Source of the DNA: a virus
Taxonomy: Duplodnaviria; Caudoviricetes
Reading direction: 5' to 3' (one strand)
DNA length: 64,000 nt
Virus record (IMG/VR): IMGVR_UViG_3300028886_000035
Location: 1-64,000 of that record
The notes beneath the pieces were generated by a model. It saw only the letters and a list, made by a program, of their open reading frames with translations, searched no databases and was not told where the DNA came from. The stretch's first letter is position 1. Each line of letters opens with the position of its first letter. The position numbers and the translations under genes are program-made. Below are positions 1 to 9,000 of this stretch, piece by piece.

Positions 1-2
1 CC

Positions 3-3000
3 ATTCAATCCTAATTTATGAGCTAATGATAAATAAGACATTATACCATTTAAATATTCATTTTCATCGCCAGTAAAATATTGATAATTTCCTTTACCAG
101 ACTCTTCCATACCATATTTTAATAAATGTACATATTTTTTCAAATCGCCTTGTGCGATTGCTTCCTTTAATTGTGGTAATTGTTCTCTAACTGGGACTGT
201 ACCTTTTACATATGCTTCTGCGCCCTCTTGATTGTTTACATAAATACCAAATCCACTATCATTTTTTCCATGCCCCATATCAACAATAGTCCCACCATAA
301 TTATGAATTTTATCAGAATATGCCATATCAGATGGATTTTGACCCGTTTCAAATGCTAATTGCGCAAATATTACATCTGCTGGTAAACCAGTTAATTGAG
401 AAATCATTTTAGCTTGTTCTGCCATACTTGCATATGCTCCAGTATTTGAAACATTTGGAGCTGAATTTTGTTGAATTGACTTATTTTCTACATATTCTGG
501 ATTATTATCATTAATTAATTGTTTCGTTAAACTATCTTCATAATTTCCCATAGCCGCGCCATAAAAACCTGCGCTTTTAGCTATTTCTTCATCTTCTTCA
601 GCAGTATTTCCAATACCTTCCTTAATTTCTTCGGCAGGGATATATCCAATATAACCTGCTAGATTAGATAATTTTTCAGTAAATTCTTCACTGCTTCCAG
701 AACGACCTAGAGGATTATCATATGGGTCATTAACTATATATGATTTTTCGCCTAACAATCCAACATTATCTTCATCTGTGAGTTCATATGGTTCACCGCC
801 ATTCAATTCAACAATACGATGTTTTAAATAACGTAATGTTGCATAAGCGGCACTTTTTTTATCATAATCAAATTCACTTTCATGTTCATTAACATAATCT
901 TGTGTATAAACATATGTATGAATCGCCATATCAAGATTTGTAATTTCATTATCATCGCCAGGGAAAAATGCTTCAAGCTGATTTTTAATATATTCTTTTC
1001 CTTTTTCTGTTAATTGCTTATTTCCATTTTCATTCCCATTTAAATTAAAATTACCTGTTGTCCTTGCAACTTGTAATGCATGTATTGCATAAGCTAATAC
1101 CTTTGCAACACCATGTTGAGAAAATGCCAATTCATCTATCTGTAATTTAAAAAATTGTTTTTCTTGTTCATTTAAATCACCATATTCTATTCCATTTGCT
1201 TCTAAATATGACCTAAAATATTCTCCTTGTGTTGTTTCAGAATTAATTAATTGTTCAAAACTAGCACCTGTCAATCCTGTTTGGTCATTCATTTTATCAA
1301 GAAATTCTTCATTTCCTTCTTTATATTTTGCTTGAACACCAGCCAAGGCTTTTAATTTTTCTGATACCATTGACAAATAGTTAGTTCCAGCCAATAAAAA
1401 TGCTAACGGTTTACCAATAATTGGTATTTTTCCAACAGTTTTATCCAATAATTTAAATGTTGCCCACATAGAACCTGCTTCTATTCCACCTGCTACTGCT
1501 TTTTGTCCAAATGACCTATCATCATCAGATAAAACCTCTCCTGCAAATGCGCCAATGTACATCAATCTATTTAATAACTTTGATAAAGCACCCCCACTTT
1601 TTTTCGGCAGTTTTTCCTCTTTACCAGATGTTTTTGTTTTGTTCTTACTTTTTGTCTTGGTATTACCCATTTCTGATTTTAATCCAATGGCAGTTAATAC
1701 TGCATCCATTGTTGACATACCAGCTCTTGTTTCTTGTGGATTTGCTAATTTATCAACTTTTGGTAAATCTTTTTCTGATAATTCTTTTGGCATTTTTACA
1801 TTCGGGAATTTTGGCATTTTTAAATCTTTTATCTGTTTATATTTATCATATGCTAATTTTCCAATCGAAGAAATTCCAATCGTAGCTATTGTAACTCCAA
1901 ACAAATTTGTTCCATATTGCATTAATAGACTATCTAATTGATTTTTACCTGTAATATCAATTAATTTACCGTCTTTATTATAAAAAGTGACTTTTGCATT
2001 ACCAGTCTTAAACATTGTATACATACTATTGATACTTTGTTCATCGTCTTGTTCTTCTTGTTGCTTTGCATTATCCTCATTATTTGAAGCATTGGCAGAA
2101 ACGTTTTTAGAACCTAATAACATTGTCCCTGCAATTGCACCGGCAGTTAAAATGCTTCCTAACATCCCACCTCCACGAAATCCTTTTAATCCTTTTCCAA
2201 TAGAAGATAATGTTTTCCTTGATGGTTTTAATTTATTTAATCCACTTTTTAAATTGCCAAAAAATCCTTTTCCATTTTTCAATTCTGTTTTTGGTTTTTC
2301 AGATTCTACTTGTTGTTTTACATTTTCTTCTGCTAATTGTTCATGGTCTACATCATTATGATGTCCTAATTTATTTTTTGCATATTCAAATACTTTTTTA
2401 CCTGTAAATTTACCAAATGCTTTTATACCACCTAATCCTAATCCTGCTAATGCTAATGCAGTTAAAGGATTTTGAGAAGCAAACGTTAATGCTTTTGTTA
2501 ACGTTGGAGATTCTTCAATAAATTTTTTAATTTCAGGAATTAATGCAAGTAAACTTGCCATAGCATTTGTAATTAACTTAATTCCTTCTACAATTATATT
2601 TTCAAATTGTTGCATACCTTCATTATTGCCAACCAATAAATCAGATAATTTATTAGCAGAAGCCAACATCATAGATTTATTTTTATCTACTTCAGATAAT
2701 TGATTTGATGCTTGTTCTAACTGTTTTGTAAAATCTTTGGTTGCGTTTGTAGCTTTTTTATTTTTTGCTAATTCATCATTTTTTGAACCTTCTAAGTGTT
2801 CTGCTAATTTATCATAATTTCCATTTTCTACATCGTTCATTAATACCTGCGTTTCTTTCATGTTCATACCGCCAATCATACTAGCAGCTGCATGAACACC
2901 AAATTGTTTCATCACAGGGTTATCAAACATATCTGTAACCATACGTACACGAGAATACATTTGTGAACCTATATAATGTTGTCTATCTGCGTATGGATTA

Positions 3001-5474
3001 CCATATCTATCATGGGTTTTTAAATTTGCGAACATACCTTGCCACATGTTCGCAGCTCCACCGCCCAAAACAGAAAATATAGAATTATATTTATTTTGAG
3101 AAAAGTTTCCTTGCGCACCTATAACTTGACCAACAAATGAAGCAGAATCCTCCATACGATATCCATCTGCAATTAAAGAACCCATATTATCTACAACTTG
3201 TTTACCACTATATCCTAATTGACGATAGTGATTAACCAATTGTGATATTTGTCCCATATATCTATTAACAGGTATTTGAGCCTTATTTGCATCACCAATT
3301 ACTTGCATCATCATATCAATGGTTTGTTTTGTAGACATACGATTTTGATAATAAAAGGCATTGATTCCACTTGCTATTGTACCGTTATCCAAACCATATA
3401 TTTGTGATGGTAATACAAGTGCTTTTGTAAAAGCCATTATATCAGACGCTTTATCTGCACCTGTTCTACCTGGTTGATTCATTACAGAACTAGCTAAATT
3501 TTGATACATTGTTGATGGAACATTAAATCCAATTTGTCCATATGATTTTTCAAATAATTCTTGTCCCATATTAAATACTAAATCATGAGCATTTTGAGAC
3601 ATAGGTGCTCCCATAGAAGCATTTGCCAAATAATTTGAATACATCATTTGACCATTTTCATTTGCACGGTCTTTTACCATATCAAACCATTTATGAAATG
3701 AAAATAATCCACCCAATCCCATCATAGCCAAGGCTTTTGTAAAAAATCCTTTAACACTTTTTATATTTTTAAATAAATCATGTTGTTTCTTTAATTCTGC
3801 GTTTTTAATACTATCATCTAAATCTTGTTTTTCTTCTTCTAATTGTTTTGCTTGTTGATATAATGCTTTCAACAATTTAGAATCAGGGTCAAAACGAGAC
3901 TTGCTATAAATTTGTTGATAAGTACGATGAATAGCTTCTCCAATAACAGAACTTAATTCTTTCGCAGATATAATATCTTGTTTATTACCTTTGGGCAAAT
4001 TTTTCCTATTAAATTCATGTGATAATTGAATTAAACTATCATTATTATTTTTTAATGGATTTGAAAATCTATCATTTTTTATATCTTCTAATAAATATTT
4101 AGAGGAATCTATTCCTGTTTGTTCTGCTAAGTCACTTTCTTCTTTTGAAATTTTACTTACTTCTTGATTATACAATAATGTATTTCTTGCATAATTGTTA
4201 TAAAGTTGATTTAAATTCTTGTCTTTAGAAAAGATGCCACCATACAAATTATGATAACGGAAATTATTATAATTAGAGTTGATTTGTCCTGTAAATGCTC
4301 CTTGCATTTGTAACATTTGGAAATTATAATAATCTGTTTTATCATCACTATTTTTTTTCTTATTATATACAGTTACAAATTGATGAATACTTTTATCAAC
4401 TAATTTTTTAGCAATCTCATTTTTTTCAGATAAAGCATTTTTTAAAATTTGTGTTGTTTGTTCACTTATATTTGTAATAGTTTTATCATCACTATTTGCT
4501 TGTGTATTTTGTTGCGTGAATATAGTTATTTCATTAATATATTTATCTAATTTTTCGTTTGATAAATACGATGATATGTCTTTATAATCTGAAAATTCAT
4601 TTGTTGAGTTTAAATTATTTTCTAAATTGTTTCCTTTATCTACAATATCTTTTTGCATTACTTGGGCTAAATTAATTAAAATTTCGCCCATGTTTTCTGA
4701 ATCTTTTACATTACCTGTATCATTTAATTTTAATTTTCTAATAAAATCAAGTTGGTTTAATAAATTTTTAGAACCTTCACTATATGGTCGTTGCTTAATA
4801 TTTGATTTTATATCACTATCAATATTTTTAATTAAATTCGTCAATCTAGTACGAGCTTGTGATGCAAATTTATTTCTAGCACCTATTTCTTGTGTTTTAT
4901 CATCTAAGCTATTGATAATATCAACTAATCTATTTGTTTGTTCTGCATTGTAACTTTGTTTAATATTTAAAGTTACTTTGTATAAAATATTGATGAAGTT
5001 TTCATGTGCTTCTTGTTGTTTTTGTTGTTCAGATACACCTGTGTTTAACAAATCTTCTAAAATTTTTGTTTGTTCGTTTACACTCTTTAAATATTCAACA
5101 TTAATATTGTTTAATTCATCAACAATTTTTTGTATACTTTCATCTGTACTATTTTTAAAACTAAAAGAAACTTCCTGCATTTTAGATAACATTTGAAGAA
5201 CATTCTTACTATAACTATCAATGTTATCCATTGCAACTGTTACTGTTTCTGAAGAAAAAGGCTTAGATAATACTTCTAAAATTTCTTTTCTTTCTTTTTT
5301 AAAATGTTCGATTATATCAAATATTTTTTGTAATTCTTCTAATTTATTATTTTTAATTATTTTTGTAATTAAATCAGAATAATTTTTGTTGATTTTTTCT
5401 AATTCTTTTGATACATTATCAAACTTATCTTTTACTGCATATAACTCTGTATTAGATATTGTAGCATTTTCCAT
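3..5474 (-). CDS. Tape-measure-like protein 3 (partial, >1824 aa, runs off window start) with GH73/glucosaminidase-like domain near the truncated end
   Basis: Not in ORF track. ATG at 5474 after GGTG SD; same frame at 5474, ~3723 and 3. Central part (ALAMMGLGGLFS...NENGQMMY...SYGQIGF...AQIPV...GYRMEDSAS) is homologous to the two neighbouring giant ORFs. Positions ~1-440 read ISQLTGLPADVIFAQLAFETG...HNYGG...YFTGDENEY, matching the GH73/FlgJ pattern (AQAALESG...NNLFG...YATD). Confidence 0.75.
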   Translation of the reverse strand, partial: MENATISNTELYAVKDKFDNVSKELEKINKNYSDLITKIIKNNKLEELQKIFDIIEHFKKERKEILEVLSKPFSSETVTVAMDNIDSYSKNVLQMLSKMQEVSFSFKNSTDESIQKIVDELNNINVEYLKSVNEQTKILEDLLNTGVSEQQKQQEAHENFINILYKVTLNIKQSYNAEQTNRLVDIINSLDDKTQEIGARNKFASQARTRLTNLIKNIDSDIKSNIKQRPYSEGSKNLLNQLDFIRKLKLNDTGNVKDSENMGEILINLAQVMQKDIVDKGNNLENNLNSTNEFSDYKDISSYLSNEKLDKYINEITIFTQQNTQANSDDKTITNISEQTTQILKNALSEKNEIAKKLVDKSIHQFVTVYNKKKNSDDKTDYYNFQMLQMQGAFTGQINSNYNNFRYHNLYGGIFSKDKNLNQLYNNYARNTLLYNQEVSKISKEESDLAEQTGIDSSKYLLEDIKNDRFSNPLKNNNDSLIQLSHEFNRKNLPKGNKQDIISAKELSSVIGEAIHRTYQQIYSKSRFDPDSKLLKALYQQAKQLEEEKQDLDDSIKNAELKKQHDLFKNIKSVKGFFTKALAMMGLGGLFSFHKWFDMVKDRANENGQMMYSNYLANASMGAPMSQNAHDLVFNMGQELFEKSYGQIGFNVPSTMYQNLASSVMNQPGRTGADKASDIMAFTKALVLPSQIYGLDNGTIASGINAFYYQNRMSTKQTIDMMMQVIGDANKAQIPVNRYMGQISQLVNHYRQLGYSGKQVVDNMGSLIADGYRMEDSASFVGQVIGAQGNFSQNKYNSIFSVLGGGAANMWQGMFANLKTHDRYGNPYADRQHYIGSQMYSRVRMVTDMFDNPVMKQFGVHAAASMIGGMNMKETQVLMNDVENGNYDKLAEHLEGSKNDELAKNKKATNATKDFTKQLEQASNQLSEVDKNKSMMLASANKLSDLLVGNNEGMQQFENIIVEGIKLITNAMASLLALIPEIKKFIEESPTLTKALTFASQNPLTALALAGLGLGGIKAFGKFTGKKVFEYAKNKLGHHNDVDHEQLAEENVKQQVESEKPKTELKNGKGFFGNLKSGLNKLKPSRKTLSSIGKGLKGFRGGGMLGSILTAGAIAGTMLLGSKNVSANASNNEDNAKQQEEQDDEQSINSMYTMFKTGNAKVTFYNKDGKLIDITGKNQLDSLLMQYGTNLFGVTIATIGISSIGKLAYDKYKQIKDLKMPKFPNVKMPKELSEKDLPKVDKLANPQETRAGMSTMDAVLTAIGLKSEMGNTKTKSKNKTKTSGKEEKLPKKSGGALSKLLNRLMYIGAFAGEVLSDDDRSFGQKAVAGGIEAGSMWATFKLLDKTVGKIPIIGKPLAFLLAGTNYLSMVSEKLKALAGVQAKYKEGNEEFLDKMNDQTGLTGASFEQLINSETTQGEYFRSYLEANGIEYGDLNEQEKQFFKLQIDELAFSQHGVAKVLAYAIHALQVARTTGNFNLNGNENGNKQLTEKGKEYIKNQLEAFFPGDDNEITNLDMAIHTYVYTQDYVNEHESEFDYDKKSAAYATLRYLKHRIVELNGGEPYELTDEDNVGLLGEKSYIVNDPYDNPLGRSGSSEEFTEKLSNLAGYIGYIPAEEIKEGIGNTAEEDEEIAKSAGFYGAAMGNYEDSLTKQLINDNNPEYVENKSIQQNSAPNVSNTGAYASMAEQAKMISQLTGLPADVIFAQLAFETGQNPSDMAYSDKIHNYGGTIVDMGHGKNDSGFGIYVNNQEGAEAYVKGTVPVREQLPQLKEAIAQGDLKKYVHLLKYGMEESGKGNYQYFTGDENEYLNGIMSYLSLAHKLGLN

Positions 5475-5498
5475 AATTTTCACCAACTTCATATAGTA

Positions 5499-5513
5499 TC
5501 TATTAAAAAAATA
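5499..5513 (-). promoter_or_regulatory. Phage promoter-like motif TATTT-N6-TAGA (tape-measure 3)
   Basis: TATTT TTTTAA TAGA, 25 nt before the ATG. Confidence 0.55.
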
Positions 5514-5520
5514 CAAAAAA

Positions 5521-5554
5521 AAAGTGGTTCTATCTTAATCAGAACCACGCTTTT
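5521..5554 (-). terminator. Intrinsic terminator
   Basis: GTGGTTCT/AGAACCAC stem followed by a T-run on the minus strand. Confidence 0.65.
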
Positions 5555-5570
5555 ATTAATGATTGTTTAA

Positions 5571-5984
5571 TTATGCATCAATTGTTGTATTACCTATCGT
5601 TTCTTCTGTAACTTCATTTTCTTTTTTAGCAATTTCATCATCACTCTTATGACGAATTGCTTCAAATTCATTATAAAGTGTTGTTAAAACGGCAGGACTA
5701 ATAGCATTGAGGATTTTATTCTTCTGTTCATCTGTAAGAATTAATCCATTTACAGAAACAAGTGCGTGTTTCAAAATACTAATCTGCATACCAAACATAC
5801 GTGTAAGGTCATCCTGCTTATAACTTTGACTTTCCTTCAATGCATCAAGATATTCCTGTGAAGAAATTGGACGCATAGCCCATTTCTTACCATACTTTTC
5901 TACAATTTCTGTTTCTTCACTTGGGTCAATCAAATCTGCAAGCATTTCAGAAATAATCTTATCATTTTTATTCTTTGTTGCCAT
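5571..5984 (-). CDS. Tail assembly chaperone, short form (paralogue of the N-terminal part of 17804..18775)
   Basis: Lies between tape-measure genes. KYGKKWAMRPISSQE...LKHALVSVNG...ISPAVLTTLYNEF aligns with KFNKEWEFRTLDSEE...LQMALVSINH...LPPKVIETLYNEY. Confidence 0.6.
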   Translation of the reverse strand: MATKNKNDKIISEMLADLIDPSEETEIVEKYGKKWAMRPISSQEYLDALKESQSYKQDDLTRMFGMQISILKHALVSVNGLILTDEQKNKILNAISPAVLTTLYNEFEAIRHKSDDEIAKKENEVTEETIGNTTIDA

Positions 5985-6083
5985 AATATTATGTCAAATC
6001 CTTCCTATATGAAAAATTTAATTATCTTCTATTAAAAATATAGAAATTTTTATTGATATTATTATATGAAATAATTTTTAATT

Positions 6084-9000
6084 TTAACCATTAAATGAAA
6101 TTTTTAAGCTAGATGGTTCATAAAAATCTTGAATGGTGTTTTTAACTTCTGTAGTAAAAGCAATTATTTTATCCGAACGCATTTGTTTCTTATCAAAACG
6201 CATTTGAATTTTTTCATGGTCTATAGATTCTTGGTTTTTTAATCCTTGAAATTGTTTCGATTGTTCTACGGTATCTATATCATCTGATAATTTTCCCCAT
6301 TGTTTAATATTTTTTTCTCTAATTTCTTTACCTATTTCTTCAATAGATTGAAATTTCTGATTAGGGTCAACATATAAACCATTAATAATTCTACCTTGAA
6401 CTTCTTTACCGTTTCCTACCGCCACCTTATATTTTCTTAAATTTTCATCCCATTGTTCTTTTAATGTTTTCGGTTTTATATCTTCAAAATTCAAATTAAG
6501 ATTTAATTTTGGATTTGCTCCTGAACTACCATTAGAATTTGCATCATCCCAAGAAAACTGTTGTGTTAAAAGTGTTCCTTCGTAACCTCCTGTTCCTTCT
6601 AACAATATATCAAAATGAGTTCCAGCTTCATTAACTACACCAACATGGGCTTCATTACCAGCTCTTATTATAGCACCTACATCTACTCCGCCCAATTCCA
6701 TATCTATTTTTCTTCCTGTACTATGTGGCGTACCAGGGTCATGCCCTAATGTAGCTACGTTCCATTCTAATGTGCCACCACCACTATATTTTGCATATAA
6801 TTGGGTAAACAAATTTAGTCTTTGTTTCGCTTTTGGAGTTAATCTACCAATATCCATGGCAATATATTGTGCAGAATTTGCATGTGCATCATAACTATGG
6901 TCCCATCCTTTATCTGCTACGAATCCACTCCATCTTAAATGAGAAAAATCAACACCTAAATCCCCACTATATATACCACCACTATTAGAATATGAACTCG
7001 GACTAATATTAGCAGATATAGGTACATACCCTGCCGTTTGTTCTGTTTCAGGAACCGGATTATTATTGCTATCAATCATATGAAATTTTCTAGCATAATC
7101 AACTTGGTCAGGTAAATCTCTCCAATCATCACCATAATATCCTCTATTATATGCCAATACTGCTTTAAAAGTAGAACCTCCATATTTATCAAGAAGATTC
7201 CTTAAATAATGCGCAGCACCTAATACAGACGCATGAGGGTCATTTGGGTCAAAACCAAATCCAGCAGCAGTACTAGGCATAAATTGTGCTATACCAACTG
7301 CTCCAGCAGTACTATGAGCAGGATTTTTGTTCATTCCAGATTCAATCTGTAATACACCTGCTATTAACCATTTTGGTACATTCCACTTTGCACTTGCTTC
7401 ATCAATCCATGATTTTACGTCAGCAGGGGCATTGGCATAACAAGCATTACCATATTCAATAGCAGAAGCATTTGTATAAATACTGCCTGTTCCACCACCT
7501 GCCATAGATTGAATTTTAATAAGTGCTTGCGCAGCCATTTCTAACGCCTTTTTATTATCTCTAAAAATTTGCAAGAAGCTTTCATAACTATTCTGCCAAA
7601 TTCGCTTTTCATGGTCTGCTACTTTTGACCAATTAATGCCATGTTTTTCTAAAACCGCATCTCTTGCTTTTGTATATGTTTCATTCGATTCATTAATTGT
7701 AAAAGAAGTTTTATTCGCAGAAAGATTTTGAATTTCCATTTCTTTTGATTTATTGTATGCTTCTGTTTCTTGTTGATAGGCTTTAACATAAGCATTGTAT
7801 TGAGCAGATTGTTTTTTAGATGTTTTATCTTGTTGACTAGCTTGTTTTTGCTGGTCTTGTGTTTGTTGTTGTGTTGGTTCTTCACGAACTAACCCTGCCA
7901 AGCTATCTTGTGTAGTTTGTTTGTCATAATTATTTAATGCATTTTGTGCTTTTACATCATTTGTACGCAACAATTCCATAGCACCTGCACCAATTCCTGC
8001 GCCTAATGCAGCTCCTTTTGAACCACCTAAAGCATATCCAATAAATCCACCTGCTAAACCAGAAACAAAATCTCCTATTGGTCTATTATCTTGAACATCT
8101 TTATCAAATAAACTAGTTAAAAATGCTCCACCTAAAGCTAGTAAACCACCTTTTTTAGCATATTTTAATCTCTTTGCCCATTTCATAGAATTATATAATT
8201 GTTTTCTTCGATTAATTCTCATTTGCTCTAATCGTTTAGCTTTTTCCATTATAGCTTTGTTTTTTGCTTCTATTTTTTTTGCTTGTTTTACTTGTTGTTC
8301 GTATAATCTTTTCTCTCTTTGATATTGTTGCCATTTTTTTCTTTTTAATTTTTTACCTTCTGCTTCTATTTTTTTCTTTTGTTCTTCTAATTTTTTATAT
8401 CGTTCACTTTTTTCAGGTATTTTACCATCTTTTACTTGTTTATTTAAACCACTAGACAAATGTTTTATTCTTCTTAAAATTCCTTGATGTTTTATTTTAC
8501 CTTTTGTTGAAATTTTACCTAATATACTAGCTATCGTTGCTACACTAGCACCTGCTAATGCTAATGCAAGCGCATATTTAATCAAAGTATAATCTTTTTT
8601 ATCCTGTGTACCTGGTCCAATTATTAATGTAGCTTTTGCAGTACCATTTTGGAACATTTCAATTAATTGACCTTTTTGGTCTTTATTTCCCATTTTTTGT
8701 GCTTGTTCTTGTAATCCTTCGTATTGATTCCATGCTCCTAATCCAACACCGGCAGTTACCGCCGTTGCAGTAGCAATAGCTTTACCTGTTGAAATACCTG
8801 ATGACTTACCTGATAAAACATTTTTAAATGCACCAAATCCACCTTTGAGTACTTTTCCTGCACCAAATCTAAGAGCACCTAACCCAACAATTGTACCTGC
8901 AATTGTTAATAATGGACTATTATTAAACGCATTGGTATACATTTTACCTAAAGGTGAATTTAAAATTCCTCCAATTTGACGAATTAATTCAGCCATAGCA

